Assembly: GCA_050997635.1 (NCBI GenBank) | Contig: JBPCQY010000052.1 | Span: 1-62,523, forward strand | DNA from: Nocardioides sp. | GTDB lineage: Bacteria > Actinomycetota > Actinomycetes > Propionibacteriales > Nocardioidaceae | DNA length: 62,523 bases | Direction of reading: 5' to 3' | Shown: in pieces, positions 1-10,688 of the stretch | How the letters are laid out: each line of letters opens with the position of its first letter | Position numbering within the stretch: the first letter of the stretch is position 1 | The notes under the pieces: generated by a model | Seen by the model: the letters and a program-made list of their open reading frames with translations, nothing else | Told to the model about the DNA's origin: nothing | Database searches by the model: none | Translations under genes and position numbers: made by a program

Positions 1-2
1 TT

Positions 3-569
3 CTGTTCCCCAACGCCGAGCTCGAGCGCCGCGGACTGCTGCAGCGCAAGGGTTTCCCGGACTCCTACGACCGCAAGGCCCTGCTGCGCTTCGTGATCGA
101 CATCAAGTCCGGCCGTGACGAGGTCGATGCCCCGATCTACTCCCACCTGGTCTACGACGTGGTGCCCCACGAGAGGGTCGTGATCAAGCGGCCCGACATC
201 GTGATCATCGAGGGCCTCAACGTGCTGCAGCCCGCACGGACCCGCGAGGACGGCCGCAGCAGCCTGACCCTGAGCGACTTCTTCGACTTCTCGGTCTACG
301 TCGACGCGGCGCAGGGTGACATCCGCACGTGGTACCTCGACCGGTTCCTGCGGCTGCGCGACACCGCCTTCGCCGACCCGGCGTCGTACTTCGCCCGGTA
401 CGCCGGCCTGACCACCGACCAGGCCACCGACATGGCCGGCCACATCTGGGACACCATCAACGGCCCCAACCTGCGCGAGAACATCGCCCCCACCCGCTCG
501 CGCGCCACCCTCGTGCTGCGCAAGGACGGCGACCACTCGGTGCGCTACGTCAGGCTCCGCAAGCTCTGA
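3..569 (+). CDS. coaA: Type I pantothenate kinase, 5'-truncated by the window edge
   Basis: Frame is open from position 3: [23 protein letters not shown]...IIEGLNVLQ...[12 protein letters not shown]...[12 protein letters not shown], all CoaA motifs. Confidence 0.95.
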   Translation: MFPNAELERRGLLQRKGFPDSYDRKALLRFVIDIKSGRDEVDAPIYSHLVYDVVPHERVVIKRPDIVIIEGLNVLQPARTREDGRSSLTLSDFFDFSVYVDAAQGDIRTWYLDRFLRLRDTAFADPASYFARYAGLTTDQATDMAGHIWDTINGPNLRENIAPTRSRATLVLRKDGDHSVRYVRLRKL

Positions 570-608
570 GCCCGCTCACCGGCTGCCAGGGGCCTGGAGC
601 CAACCTGC

Positions 609-661
609 CCGACATCGGAGGATCGCCCGCACCAGGCGCCTGGGATGCTCCGGTGTCCCGG
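609..661. repeat. 53-bp palindromic intergenic repeat, family A copy 1
   Basis: 51/53 identical to 9256-9308; outer stem GACATCGGAG/CTCCGGTGTC, inner palindrome CCAGGCGCCTGG. Confidence 0.85.
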
Positions 662-775
662 CAAGCCCTCGCGCCTCCACCGGTTCTGAGCGAGTGGGTG
701 TTCGTTGCCCCGCCGCCGATTCCGGGCCTACATTGAGGCTTGCCCGATCCACCCCGCAGACACAGGAGCGTGGTC

Positions 776-2245
776 ATGTCGACGTCAGAGCCGAACTCCG
801 AGGCAGTCGGCACCGCGGGGCTACGCCGGGGCGCCGTCGGCTTCAGCGGAGTCCTGTTCCAGTCGATCACATTTATGGCGCCGGCGATCGCGACCGCCCT
901 GTCGATCCCGGCCGGCATCGCCTTCAGTGGAGGCGCGGCCCCGCTGTCCGTGATCTTCGCGTTGGTCGCATCGCTGATCGCCGCCAACTCGATCGGCCAG
1001 CTCGCCCGCCACCTGCCGTCCGCCGGTTCGTTCTACACGTTCGTCAGCCACGGCATCCACCCGCAGGCCGGCTTCCTGGTCGCCTGGGGGTTCCTGCTCG
1101 GCGTGATCGTCGGCGGCCCGTTCCTCGCGTTGCAGATGGGCTTCATCGTCGCGAACACCCTGAACTCCGAGCTCGGCTGGTCGACCGGCCTCTGGTGGAT
1201 CTGGACCGTGCTGGTCTGCCTGCTCGTGTTCGCCCTGGGCTACCGCGGCATCGCCGCCTCCACCCGCGCCGGCACCCTGCTCGGCGCGTTCGAGATCCTG
1301 GTGTTCGTGGCGATCTCGCTGACCCTGATCGTCCAGGCCGGCAGCGACAACACGCTCTCGGTCTTCGGGACGCACTACGCGAACAACGCGGACTATCCCG
1401 GTTTCTCCGGAGTCATCGCCGGATCCGTCTTCACGATCCTGGCCTTCATCGGCTTCGAGCAGGCCGCACCGATCGCAGAGGAGGCGCACGACCCGCGTCG
1501 CACCATCCCGCGGGCGGTGATCGTGTCGTGCCTCGGGATCGGGTTGTTCTACATCCTCAACACCTACGCCAGCAGCGTCGCCTTCGGCCCGGACAAGATG
1601 ACGGGCTTCGTGGGCGCTGGCGACGCCAACCCCTGGCAGAACGTGCTCGGCCGGCAGGCCTGGGGCTGGTTCGGCTTCTTCCTGGTCTTCGTCGCGCTGA
1701 TCAACTCCGTGATCGCCAATCAGAACGCCGCCAACAACTCCTCCAGCCGCACCATGTTCTCGATGGGCCGCATCAAGCTGCTCCCGACGTCGTACGGCGA
1801 GCTGACCGGCCTGGGAACACCGCGGCTGGCGCTGGTCACCCAGCTCGTGGTGTCGATCGGCGTGGCGCTCTGGCTGGGCTTCCAGTACGACCCCTACACC
1901 GGCTTCGCGCTCACGGCGACGATCCTGGTCGACATCTTCGCGCCGATGTACGTCCTGTTGAACATCGCCTGCCTCACCTACTTCTGGAGGTTCCGCCGCG
2001 ACGAGTTCCACTGGTTCCGGCACGGCGTGCTGCCCGTCCTCGGCGCGCTGGCGTTCATCCCGGCTTTCTGCGCGGGCGCGGGCATCCCGGCGTTCAGCTT
2101 CATCAGTCCGCTGCCCCATCCGTTGTCGTACGCCGGACCGGCCGCCGCGATCTGGATGGTGATCGGCGTGGTGTACCTCGTCGTGCTGAACGTGCGTCAT
2201 CCGCAACGGATCCTCGAGACCAAGCGCGTCTTCGACGAGGAGTGA
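776..2245 (+). CDS. APC-family amino acid/amine permease
   Basis: About 12 hydrophobic segments, LRRGAVG N-terminus, PSAGSFYTFV and FIGFE motifs; AGGAG RBS before ATG 776. Confidence 0.9.
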   Translation: MSTSEPNSEAVGTAGLRRGAVGFSGVLFQSITFMAPAIATALSIPAGIAFSGGAAPLSVIFALVASLIAANSIGQLARHLPSAGSFYTFVSHGIHPQAGFLVAWGFLLGVIVGGPFLALQMGFIVANTLNSELGWSTGLWWIWTVLVCLLVFALGYRGIAASTRAGTLLGAFEILVFVAISLTLIVQAGSDNTLSVFGTHYANNADYPGFSGVIAGSVFTILAFIGFEQAAPIAEEAHDPRRTIPRAVIVSCLGIGLFYILNTYASSVAFGPDKMTGFVGAGDANPWQNVLGRQAWGWFGFFLVFVALINSVIANQNAANNSSSRTMFSMGRIKLLPTSYGELTGLGTPRLALVTQLVVSIGVALWLGFQYDPYTGFALTATILVDIFAPMYVLLNIACLTYFWRFRRDEFHWFRHGVLPVLGALAFIPAFCAGAGIPAFSFISPLPHPLSYAGPAAAIWMVIGVVYLVVLNVRHPQRILETKRVFDEE

Positions 2246-2255
2246 GGACCCCACC

Positions 2256-3269
2256 ATGGACGTGATCAGCTACCGCCCCGAGCCCGCCGAGCTCGCCTGG
2301 ACCTTCGGCGGGGTCACGCCAGTGCGCCGCGTGCAGCCCGGCTCGGTGCTCGAGCTCTGGAGCGAGGACGCCTTCGCTGGCAAGGTCCGCAGCAGCGACG
2401 ACCTGGTGTCCGAGGTGATCGAGTTCCCGTTCGTGAACCCGCTGACCGGTCCGTTCTACGTCGAGGGTGCCGAGCCCGGCGACACCCTGGCGGTGCACTT
2501 CGTCTCGATCGAGCCGTCCCGCGACTGGGCCGCGTCCAGCACGATCCCGCTCTTCGGCGCGCTGACCTCTACCCACGTCACCGCCAGCCTGCAGGAGCCG
2601 CTGCCCGAGCTGGTGTGGATCTACGACGTCGACCGCGTCTCGCGGACCGTCGCCTTCCGCGCCCGCCGCAGCGACCACGAGCTGGTCCTGCCTCTGGACC
2701 CGATGCACGGCACCGTGGGTGTCGCCCCCGCCAACTTCGAGGCTCGTTCCTCACTGGTGCCCGACGCCCACGGCGGCAACATGGACACCCCCGAGATGCG
2801 GGCCGGCGTGACCTGCTTCCTCGGCGTCAACGTCGAAGGGGCGCTGTTCGCGCTGGGCGACGGCCACTGCCGCCAGGGCGAGGGCGAGACCTGCGGCGTG
2901 GCCGTCGAGGCCGCGATGGACACCGTCGTGATCCTCGACCTGATCAAGGGTGCCGCCACGCCGTGGCCACGGATCGAGTCCGACCGCTATCTGATGAGCA
3001 CCGGGTCCGCGCGCCCGCTCGAGGACGCCTTCCGGATCGCCCAGCACGACCTGGTGACCTGGATCGGCGCCGAGTGCGGTCTCGACCCGCTCGATGCCTA
3101 CCAGCTCGTCACCCAGGCCACCGAGTCCCCCATCGCGAACGTCTGCGACCCCAACTACACCGTCGTCGCGAAGATCTTGAAGTCCTACCTGCCACCCCAG
3201 AACGCCTACGCCGGCGCGCACACGCGGCTCCGGGAGAAGAGTCAGGCGTACGTCGCCGAGCACCGTTGA
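2256..3269 (+). CDS. Acetamidase/formamidase family protein
   Basis: NPLTGPFYVEGAEPGD, HGGNMD and GDGHCRQGEGE motifs; follows the permease with a GAGGA RBS. Confidence 0.9.
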   Translation: MDVISYRPEPAELAWTFGGVTPVRRVQPGSVLELWSEDAFAGKVRSSDDLVSEVIEFPFVNPLTGPFYVEGAEPGDTLAVHFVSIEPSRDWAASSTIPLFGALTSTHVTASLQEPLPELVWIYDVDRVSRTVAFRARRSDHELVLPLDPMHGTVGVAPANFEARSSLVPDAHGGNMDTPEMRAGVTCFLGVNVEGALFALGDGHCRQGEGETCGVAVEAAMDTVVILDLIKGAATPWPRIESDRYLMSTGSARPLEDAFRIAQHDLVTWIGAECGLDPLDAYQLVTQATESPIANVCDPNYTVVAKILKSYLPPQNAYAGAHTRLREKSQAYVAEHR

Positions 3270-3461
3270 GCCGCAGGGGCCTACCGGGGAAGGGGACCTC
3301 ACCGGCTCCGCAGCGCTGGTCGCGACCCATGGGGACTCGGTCGCGCTCGACCTGGCTTCCTGGGAGTCACGGGCCCACCGGCTCTGACCCGACGACGACC
3401 ACGCGGGCCATGATCGCGTCGATCGCCGCCGGCCGAGCTGGCGCCCTGACCCACGGGTGGT

Positions 3462-3893
3462 TCAGGCTGCCTTGCCGGTGACCGTCACGGGGACGTTGCC
3501 GCGGGTGGCCTTGGAGTAGGGGCACACCTCGTGGGCGGCCTCGACCAGGCGCTGCGCGGTGGCGTCATCGACGCCGGGGATGGTAGCCGTGATGTCGGCG
3601 GTGATGGCGAACGACTGGCCCTCCGGACCGAAGCCGACGGCGATGTCCACGACGGAACTCGAGGCGTCGACGCCCGCCTTCTTCGCGACCAGTCCGAGCG
3701 CGCTCTGGAAGCAGGCACCGTACCCGACCGCGAAGAGCTGCTCGGGGTTGGTACCTGTGCCGGGTCCGCCGGTCTCCTTGGGGGCGGTGAGGTTCAGGTC
3801 GAGGATCCCGTCTTCGGTGGAGGCATGCCCTTCGCGGGCTCCGGTGACGGTGGCCTTGGCCGTGTACACGATCTTTTCAGGAGTGTTGGTCAT
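3462..3893 (-). CDS. ohr: Organic hydroperoxide resistance protein (Ohr/OsmC family)
   Basis: TNPEQLFAVGYGACF and AHEVCPYSKATRGN conserved Cys motifs. Confidence 0.93.
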   Translation of the reverse strand: MTNTPEKIVYTAKATVTGAREGHASTEDGILDLNLTAPKETGGPGTGTNPEQLFAVGYGACFQSALGLVAKKAGVDASSSVVDIAVGFGPEGQSFAITADITATIPGVDDATAQRLVEAAHEVCPYSKATRGNVPVTVTGKAA

Positions 3894-3938
3894 ACCTGTC
3901 CCAACCGGGCGCCGGGCGGGTGTGTTCCCAGGCAGAGT

Positions 3939-4934
3939 TCATAGGCGCTTGTGGTACTCCAGAAGCTGCTCGAGGGCCCGATAGCCCAGCGCCTCATTGA
4001 CGTCGTTCATCCGCTGGTTGACGTCGGCGTTGCTCGTCTCGACCAGCTCGGTCTGCGGGTACGCCGCGTGCAGCTCCCGGTGGGTGGCCAGCTTCATCGC
4101 CAGGCCCACCCGGTGACCGCGGTGATCGGGCTCCACCATCGTGATGCCGATGCGGCCGATCCGAGGATCGCCTCGCATCACGCGGACGTCGGAGCAACCG
4201 ACCAGGGTGCCGTCGGGAGCAACGCCGGCGGCGATGAAGCTGTCCTGACCGATCTCGGCCGCGCGGCGCTCGCTCCCCCGCAGGCGGTCGACGGTCCACT
4301 CGCCGTCCTCGAGGGTGAGGTCACCGAGCGGGACCATCCCGATGAAGCGGCTCAGCATCGCGCAGAAGCCCTCGGCGTACTCATCGGGCACGGTGTCGCG
4401 CCAGCGCAGCACGCGGTAGTCCGCGAGCCGGCCGGCCGCCTCGTCCTCGAGCGCCGCCCAGCTCGGCTCGGCCGCGGCGAGGTCGACGGCCTTGATGGTC
4501 TCGAGGTTGGCCACGGTGTAGCCGCGCGCGTCCGCGAACAGGCTGCCCGGGCTCGATCCTCCCGGTGGTGCGAACACCTCGACCATCGCGGTGGCACGGC
4601 CGGCCTCGCGGGCACGGCGTTCCACGTCCGCCAGGAGGGCGGACCCGACTCCCGCGCGGCGGGTGGGCTCGGCGACGTACACGTCGACGTAGGCGAGGTG
4701 GGTGTTGTCGGACTGCGGCAGGTTGATCAGCCCGGCGCCCACCATCTGGTCGCCGTCGTAGGCGCCCAGCACGGTCCACGCGAAGTCGGGGTGCGGGGTG
4801 GGTAGGGCGACCCGGGTGACCTCCCAGGCCGGCGTGGTGTCGAGCGGGCGGTCGCGCAGCGCGTCGCGCCCGATCTCCCACCAGCGGTGCAGGCTCGTCT
4901 CGTCGTGCGGGTCGACGACCCGGATCTCGACCAT
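3939..4934 (-). CDS. Tandem-domain GNAT N-acetyltransferase
   Basis: Two acetyl-CoA motifs (RRAGVGSALL; HRGHRVGLAMK) and C-terminal N...M...NEALGY. Confidence 0.85.
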   Translation of the reverse strand: MVEIRVVDPHDETSLHRWWEIGRDALRDRPLDTTPAWEVTRVALPTPHPDFAWTVLGAYDGDQMVGAGLINLPQSDNTHLAYVDVYVAEPTRRAGVGSALLADVERRAREAGRATAMVEVFAPPGGSSPGSLFADARGYTVANLETIKAVDLAAAEPSWAALEDEAAGRLADYRVLRWRDTVPDEYAEGFCAMLSRFIGMVPLGDLTLEDGEWTVDRLRGSERRAAEIGQDSFIAAGVAPDGTLVGCSDVRVMRGDPRIGRIGITMVEPDHRGHRVGLAMKLATHRELHAAYPQTELVETSNADVNQRMNDVNEALGYRALEQLLEYHKRL

Positions 4935-4991
4935 CCCCGAACGCTAGGGCAGCATCGACCCGGCCGGCCACCCGGTTTCGTCAGACCAGCG

Positions 4992-5459
4992 TCATCGAGG
5001 CGGTCCCAGAACCTCCTGACCTCCCGCGCGGGCCGCCGCGACGAGCGCCGCCATGGACACGTCCCAGCCCTCCGGCCGTGGCTCCCGGACGTCGCGGCCG
5101 GCGGCGCGGAAGAAGTCCTCCATGCCGCTGGGCGTGCAGATGGTCAGCAGGTCGACCTCGGGGCTGGTGAAGCGGTAGGCGTGGGGAACGTCCCTCGGCA
5201 GGAACACGGAGCCGCCCTCGCCCACCTCGTGGCAGTCGTCACCGACCCAGAAGAGGCCGTGTCCCTTGAGGACGACGAACATCTCGTCCTCGTTGTGGTG
5301 CAGGTGCACCGGCGACGCAGCACCTTCAAGCAGCCTGCTGCGTACGGCGGTCACCTGGCCATTGGTCGCCGCCCCGTCGAGCAGGATCGTCAAGGAGGAG
5401 CCCCCGATCCAGTCGAGCTGCTGGTGGTCGGCCGCTTGGGCGATGTAAGCGAGACTCAT
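4992..5459 (-). CDS. Cupin-domain protein (quercetin dioxygenase-like)
   Basis: PVHLHHNEDEMFVVLKG and PRDVPHAY cupin motifs; AGGAG RBS. Confidence 0.85.
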   Translation of the reverse strand: MSLAYIAQAADHQQLDWIGGSSLTILLDGAATNGQVTAVRSRLLEGAASPVHLHHNEDEMFVVLKGHGLFWVGDDCHEVGEGGSVFLPRDVPHAYRFTSPEVDLLTICTPSGMEDFFRAAGRDVREPRPEGWDVSMAALVAAARAGGQEVLGPPR

Positions 5460-5518
5460 GTCGCGAGCTCCTTTCCTTACCAACAATCTAGTCAATATCT
5501 GAAGAGTAGACTGAACGT

Positions 5519-6160
5519 GTGATCAAGGTCAACAAGCGCCCGTACCGTTCGCCGCTCCGCGCGCAGCAGTCGGCGCAGAGCCGCCGGGCCGTCCTCAGCG
5601 CAGCTGGAGACCTCTTCCTGTCCCAGGGGTACGCCGCCACCACAGTCGAGCAGATCGCCCAGCGGGCCGGCGTGAGCAAACCGACCGTGTTCAACGCCGT
5701 CGGCAACAAGGCGCAGGTGCTCAAGACGGTGCGTGATGTCGTGATGGCCGGTGATGACGACCCGGTCCCGGTCACGGCCCGTCGCTCGGTCTCTGCGATC
5801 GCCGAGGCGCCGGACATCGACGCGGCGATCCGGGAGGCTGCGCGTCACCTCGGCGCTGTGGCGCGGCGCTATCACGGCATCCACGAGGTGCTCCGCGGCG
5901 CCGCACAGGTCGACCCCGAGATGGCGGAGCTCTGGGCCACCGCCGAACGCGAGCGTCACGTGGGCGCGGGGCACCTACTCGCCCGCCTGTGCCACCACGC
6001 CCGACCGGTCGTCACCCGGGCCCGAGCCCAGGATCAGCTCTGGCTGCTGATGGCCCCCGACCAGTACACCCGTCTCGTGGTCGACCGGGGCTGGACCCAG
6101 CGGTCCTATCTCGCCTACGTCGAGCGCGCGATCCGCTCAGGTCTCTTCGGTCGGCCGTAA
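5519..6160 (+). CDS. TetR/AcrR family regulator, divergent from the cupin gene
   Basis: GYAATTVEQIAQRAGVSKPTVF helix-turn-helix; TAGACT -10-like hexamer 6 nt before GTG. Confidence 0.9.
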   Translation: MIKVNKRPYRSPLRAQQSAQSRRAVLSAAGDLFLSQGYAATTVEQIAQRAGVSKPTVFNAVGNKAQVLKTVRDVVMAGDDDPVPVTARRSVSAIAEAPDIDAAIREAARHLGAVARRYHGIHEVLRGAAQVDPEMAELWATAERERHVGAGHLLARLCHHARPVVTRARAQDQLWLLMAPDQYTRLVVDRGWTQRSYLAYVERAIRSGLFGRP

Positions 6161-6164
6161 CCCA

Positions 6165-7514
6165 TCAAGCGAGCGCGAGCTGACGGCGTACGACGTCGGC
6201 GAGGCGTTCGGCGACATCGCGCGCCAGGTCGGGGGAGGTCGCCTCGACCATCACCCGCACCAGCGCCTCGGTGCCGGACGGGCGCAGCAGGATCCGGCCG
6301 TTGTCACCGAGGGCCGCCTCCTCCTCGGCCACCGCGGCGGCCAGCACCTCGTCGTCGTCGGCCCGGGCCTTGTCGACCTCGGGCACGTTGACCAGCACCT
6401 GCGGCATCCGGGTCATCACGCCGGCGAGGTCCTCCAGCGAGCGGCCGGAGGTGGCCATCCGCTCGAGCACGTGCAGGGCGGTCAGGATGCCGTCGCCGGT
6501 GGTGGCGTACTCACTCATGATGACGTGACCCGACTGCTCGCCGCCGAGCGAGTAGCCGGAGAGGTTCATCGCCTGCAGGACGTAGCGGTCGCCGACCTTG
6601 GTCTGACGTACGCCGACGCCGTGGTCCTTCATCGCGCGCACGAAGCCGAGGTTGCTCATCACCGTGGCGACGACGGTGTCCTTGACGAGCTGGCCGCGTT
6701 CCCTGAGCGCGAGGGCGAGGATCGCCAGCATCTGGTCGCCGTCGACGTCGTTTCCGGCGCCGTCGACCGCGAGGCAGCGGTCTGCGTCGCCATCGAGGGC
6801 GAACCCGCCGTCGGCGCCGTGCTCGACGACGGCAGCTCGCAGCGGGCCGAGGTGGGTGGAGCCGCAGCCGTCGTTGATGTTGAGGCCGTCGGGGTCGCTG
6901 TTGATCGCGATCACCTCGGCACCCGCCTGGCGCAGGGCGAGCGGGCCCGACACGGACGCGGCACCGTGGGCGCAGTCGAGGACGACGCGGAGCCCGGCGA
7001 GCGGCGACTGGAGCGTGGAGTCGAGGTGCGCGGCGTACTCCTCGCCGGCGGTGGGGTACTCGCGCACCCGGCCCACCTTGCCGCCGGTCGGCCGCTGCCA
7101 CGACTCACGCATCCGCTTCTCGATGGCGACCTCGATCGCGTCGTCGAGCTTGATGCCGCCGCGGGCCAGGAACTTGATGCCGTTGTCGGGCATCGGGTTG
7201 TGCGAGGCCGAGATCATCACGCCGAGGTCGGCCTTCAGCGAGTCGGTCAGAAAGGCCACGCCGGGCGTGGGCAGCACGCCGAGCAGCAGTACGTCGACCC
7301 CGGCCGACGCCAGTCCGGCCACGACGGCGGCCTCGAGGAACTGCCCCGAGATCCGGGTGTCGCGACCGACGACCGCGACCGGTCGGTGCCCCTGAAACTC
7401 CCCGGCATCGCCGAGGACGTGGGCCGCGGCAACGGAAAGGTCCAGGGCCAGCTCCGCGGTCAGCTGACCGTTGGCCAGGCCCCGGACCCCGTCCGTGCCG
7501 AAGATTCGAGTCAT
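6165..7514 (-). CDS. glmM: Phosphoglucosamine mutase
   Basis: [22 protein letters not shown] and GGEQSGH motifs; usual position after rpsI. Confidence 0.97.
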   Translation of the reverse strand: MTRIFGTDGVRGLANGQLTAELALDLSVAAAHVLGDAGEFQGHRPVAVVGRDTRISGQFLEAAVVAGLASAGVDVLLLGVLPTPGVAFLTDSLKADLGVMISASHNPMPDNGIKFLARGGIKLDDAIEVAIEKRMRESWQRPTGGKVGRVREYPTAGEEYAAHLDSTLQSPLAGLRVVLDCAHGAASVSGPLALRQAGAEVIAINSDPDGLNINDGCGSTHLGPLRAAVVEHGADGGFALDGDADRCLAVDGAGNDVDGDQMLAILALALRERGQLVKDTVVATVMSNLGFVRAMKDHGVGVRQTKVGDRYVLQAMNLSGYSLGGEQSGHVIMSEYATTGDGILTALHVLERMATSGRSLEDLAGVMTRMPQVLVNVPEVDKARADDDEVLAAAVAEEEAALGDNGRILLRPSGTEALVRVMVEATSPDLARDVAERLADVVRRQLALA

Positions 7515-7530
7515 CAGACCCGAGCCCGGA

Positions 7531-8028
7531 TCAGCGCTTGCTGAACTGAGGAGCCTTGCGGGCCTTCTTCAGACCAGCCTTCTTACGCTCGATCACCCGG
7601 GCGTCGCGGGTGAGCAGACCGGCCTTCTTGAGCAGGGCACGGTTGGCGTCGAGGTCGACGGAGTTGAGGCAACGAGCCACGCCGAGGCGCAGCGCGCCGG
7701 CCTGGCCGGTGATGCCGCCGCCGTGCACGCGAGCGATCACGTCGAAGCGGCCCAGCAGCTGGGTCGTCGCGAAGGGCTCGTTGACGACCTGCTGGTGCAG
7801 CTTGTTCGGGAAGTACGAGTCGAGCGCACGACCGTTGATGGTCCACACGCCGGTGCCGGGCACGATCCGCACCCGGGCGACGGCCTCCTTGCGGCGACCG
7901 GTGGCCGCGGCGGGGGCGATCGTCGCGACGCGCTCGGGGTCGCCGGCCGGGTTGCTCTCGGACGTGTAGGCCACGCCCTGCTCGTCGGCCGAGAAGGTCT
8001 CCTCGGCCTCGGTGGTGGTGTCAGTCAC
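7531..8028 (-). CDS. rpsI: 30S ribosomal protein S9
   Basis: [12 protein letters not shown]...[19 protein letters not shown]; GTG 8028 has a GAGGA RBS (alternative start 8052). Confidence 0.97.
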   Translation of the reverse strand: MTDTTTEAEETFSADEQGVAYTSESNPAGDPERVATIAPAAATGRRKEAVARVRIVPGTGVWTINGRALDSYFPNKLHQQVVNEPFATTQLLGRFDVIARVHGGGITGQAGALRLGVARCLNSVDLDANRALLKKAGLLTRDARVIERKKAGLKKARKAPQFSKR

Positions 8029-8048
8029 GTTGTTGTCCTCTGCGGCGC

Positions 8049-8492
8049 TCACTGGGAGACCTGGGCGATCTCGAACGGGGTGGCCTGCTGGGCCTGGTGC
8101 GGGTGCGTGGGGCCGGCGTACACCTTGAGCTTCTTGAGCACCTGGCGGCCGAGCTTATTCTTGGGGAGCATGCCCCACACGGCGTTCTCGATCGCCTTGC
8201 GGGCGTCCTTCTCGATGATCTGGCCGATCGGGGTGGCCGTGAGGCCGCCCGGGAAGCCGGAGTGCCGGTAGGACATCTTCTTGGTGGCCTTGTCGCCGGT
8301 CAGGGCGACCTTCCCCGCGTTGATGACGATCACGAAGTCACCCATGTCCATGTGCGGCGCGAAGGTGGGCTTGTGCTTGCCGCGCAGGAGGTTGGCGGTC
8401 TGGACGGCCAGGCGGCCGAGGACCACGTCGGTGGCGTCGATGACGTGCCACTCGCGCTGGATGTCGGCGGGCTTGGGGCTGTACGTGCGCAC
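8049..8492 (-). CDS. rplM: 50S ribosomal protein L13
   Basis: VRTYSPKP...WHVIDA...[15 protein letters not shown]; true start GTG 8492 inside the long ORF. Confidence 0.97.
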   Translation of the reverse strand: MRTYSPKPADIQREWHVIDATDVVLGRLAVQTANLLRGKHKPTFAPHMDMGDFVIVINAGKVALTGDKATKKMSYRHSGFPGGLTATPIGQIIEKDARKAIENAVWGMLPKNKLGRQVLKKLKVYAGPTHPHQAQQATPFEIAQVSQ

Positions 8493-8603
8493 AGTGCTGC
8501 CTTGTCTCGTTCGTAGGTCCCGGGAGGCGGTCGCCACCGGGTGGTGGTGCCGCGGCTTCTGACGAACACGGCCCGGCTCATCTTCGTCCGGATCTGCACC
8601 GAC

Positions 8604-8633
8604 GTCGTGGTCTCGACAGGCTCGACCAACGAC
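8604..8633. repeat. REP-like short palindrome, family C (GGTCTCGAC-N3/4-CTCGACC)
   Basis: GTCGTGGTCTCGACAGGCTCGACCAACGAC; related copies at 9352-9373 and 32206-32230 (reverse). Confidence 0.65.
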
Positions 8634-8732
8634 TTTCGGCGCGGCAGGAGTCGCGACCGCACAATCTACCGGTCCGTGCAGGTCAGCGCCAAACCAGCGG
8701 CGTACGCCCCCGGGAGGGGCTACGGTCGGTCG

Positions 8733-9236
8733 GTGCTGGACCTGCAGCGGCTCCGGCGCGACCACGCCGAGGCGGTCCTCGCTTTCGAGGTGGCCAACCG
8801 GGCGTACTTCGCGGGTTGGGTCACCGACCGTGGCGACGAGTTCTTCGAGCACTTCTCGCAGCGCTACGGCGCGCTCCTGGCCGAGCAGGACGCTGGGGTG
8901 TGCGTCTTCCACGTGCTCGTCGACGGCGACGGGACGGTGGCCGGGCGCTTCAACCTGTATAACCTCGTGGACGGAGCTGCCGAGGTCGGCTACCGCGTGG
9001 GCGAGCACGTGGCCGGTCGCGGAGTCGCGACCGCGACGCTGCGGGCACTGTGCCGACTCGCCGCCGAGGAGCATGGGTTGAGGACGCTGAGAGCGAAGAC
9101 CAGCAACGAGAACGTCGCATCCCGGAGAGTGCTCGAGAAGGCCGGCTTCGTCATCGTCGGGGCCGCTGCGGTGGGCGGTCGACCAGGGGCACGACGTACG
9201 AGTGCTGGCTCGACCTTCCGTGACCCCGTCGGCTGA
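8733..9236 (+). CDS. RimJ/RimL-type GNAT acetyltransferase
   Basis: [17 protein letters not shown] and [13 protein letters not shown] motifs; TACGGT 6 nt before GTG 8733. Confidence 0.85.
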   Translation: MLDLQRLRRDHAEAVLAFEVANRAYFAGWVTDRGDEFFEHFSQRYGALLAEQDAGVCVFHVLVDGDGTVAGRFNLYNLVDGAAEVGYRVGEHVAGRGVATATLRALCRLAAEEHGLRTLRAKTSNENVASRRVLEKAGFVIVGAAAVGGRPGARRTSAGSTFRDPVG

Positions 9237-9255
9237 CCCTGACCGCACGTCGACA

Positions 9256-9308
9256 CCGACATCGGAGGATCGCCCGCACCGGGTGCCTGGGATGCTCCGG
9301 TGTCCCGG
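9256..9308. repeat. 53-bp palindromic intergenic repeat, family A copy 2
   Basis: 51/53 identical to 609-661, same orientation, also just downstream of a + strand gene. Confidence 0.85.
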
Positions 9309-9351
9309 GTGAAGCGGGCGCTGCGTCGACTACGACGCAGGAGTTCCGGGC

Positions 9352-9373
9352 GTGGACTCGACTTCGCTCGACC
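9352..9373. repeat. REP-like palindrome, family C degenerate copy
   Basis: GTGGACTCGACTTCGCTCGACC matches the family C consensus with one mismatch. Confidence 0.5.
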
Positions 9374-9398
9374 GGCGGTCGGGGGCTAGGTTGAAGGA

Positions 9399-10688
9399 GT
9401 GACTGACTCTCTCACCGTCCGGGACAATCGCACCGGCCAGGAGTACGACGTACCCATCGAGAACGGCACCGTCAAGGCCGCTGACCTCGGCAAGATCAAG
9501 AGCGGCGAGGACCAACCCGGCATCGCCGTCTACGACCCCGGGTTCGTCAACACGGCCTCCTGCAAGAGCGCGGTGACCTTCATCGACGGCGAGAAGGGGA
9601 TCCTCGAGTACCGCGGCTACCCGATCGAGCAGCTCGCGGAGAAGTCGACGTTCCTCGAGGTCGCCTACCTGCTGATCCACGGCGAGCTGCCGACCAAGGC
9701 GCAGTACGAGCAGTGGGTGCACGACATCACCTACCACACGTTCGTGCACGAGAACGTCAAGTCGTTCATGGAGGGCTTCCGCTACGACGCCCACCCGATG
9801 GGCATGCTGATGGCGTCGGTCGGCGCACTGTCGACGTTCTATCCCGACGCCCGCGACATCTCCAACGACGAGATCCGTCAGCTCCAGATCGTGCGGATGA
9901 TCGCCAAGATGCCGACCCTGGGCGCGTGGTCGTTCCGCCACGCGCAGGGCAAGCCGTTCGTCTACCCCGACAACGAGCTCGGCTACACCGCCAACTTCCT
10001 CTCGATGCTCTTCAAGATGAGCGAGCACCGCTTCGAGGCCGACCCGCGCCTGGTCAAGGCGCTCGACGTGCTGTTCATCCTGCACGCCGACCACGAACAG
10101 AACTGCTCGACCAACGCCGTGCGCTCGGTCGGCTCCTCGCAGGTCGACCCCTACTCGGCGGTCTCCGCCGGCGTCGGCGCGCTGTTCGGCCCGCTGCACG
10201 GCGGCGCCAACGAGGCGGTGCTGCGGATGCTGCGCCGGATCGGGTCGAAGGAGAACATCCCCGACTTCATCAAGGGCGTCAAGGACGGCAACGAGCGGCT
10301 GATGGGCTTCGGCCACCGGGTCTACAAGAACTACGACCCACGCGCCACGATTATCAAGAAGGCCTGCGAGGACGTCTTCGAGGTCACCGGGGTCAACCCG
10401 CTCCTCGAGATTGCCCAGGAGCTGGAGAAGATCGCGCTCGAGGACGACTACTTCGTCTCCCGCAAGCTCTACCCCAACGTCGACTTCTACTCCGGCCTGA
10501 TCTACGAGGCCTTCGCGTTCCCGCCCGAGATGTTCACGGTGCTGTTCGCCATCGGGCGTACGCCGGGCTGGCTCGCGCAGTGGCTGGAGTTGGTGCAGGA
10601 CAAGGAACAGAAGATCGCCCGGCCCAAGCAGATCTACACCGGCGACCGCACGCTCGACTTCGTGCCGTCCTCGCAGCGGTGGGCCTGA
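9399..10688 (+). CDS. gltA: Citrate synthase
   Basis: YDPGFVNTASC, LHADHEQN, GPLHGGANE, MGFGHRVYKNYDPR and YPNVDFYSG motifs. Confidence 0.97.
   Translation: MTDSLTVRDNRTGQEYDVPIENGTVKAADLGKIKSGEDQPGIAVYDPGFVNTASCKSAVTFIDGEKGILEYRGYPIEQLAEKSTFLEVAYLLIHGELPTKAQYEQWVHDITYHTFVHENVKSFMEGFRYDAHPMGMLMASVGALSTFYPDARDISNDEIRQLQIVRMIAKMPTLGAWSFRHAQGKPFVYPDNELGYTANFLSMLFKMSEHRFEADPRLVKALDVLFILHADHEQNCSTNAVRSVGSSQVDPYSAVSAGVGALFGPLHGGANEAVLRMLRRIGSKENIPDFIKGVKDGNERLMGFGHRVYKNYDPRATIIKKACEDVFEVTGVNPLLEIAQELEKIALEDDYFVSRKLYPNVDFYSGLIYEAFAFPPEMFTVLFAIGRTPGWLAQWLELVQDKEQKIARPKQIYTGDRTLDFVPSSQRWA

Noticed and set aside
3270-3461. Coding-like fragment (GDLTGSAALVATHGDSVALDLASWESRAHRL*) between the amidase and ohr genes
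   Set aside because: No start codon or RBS and no recognisable family; at most a decayed remnant.
9180-9236. Possible frameshift in the G-run near the GNAT C-terminus (alternative ending [11 protein letters not shown])
   Set aside because: Both endings are plausible and lie after the last conserved motif; this cannot be decided without an alignment.
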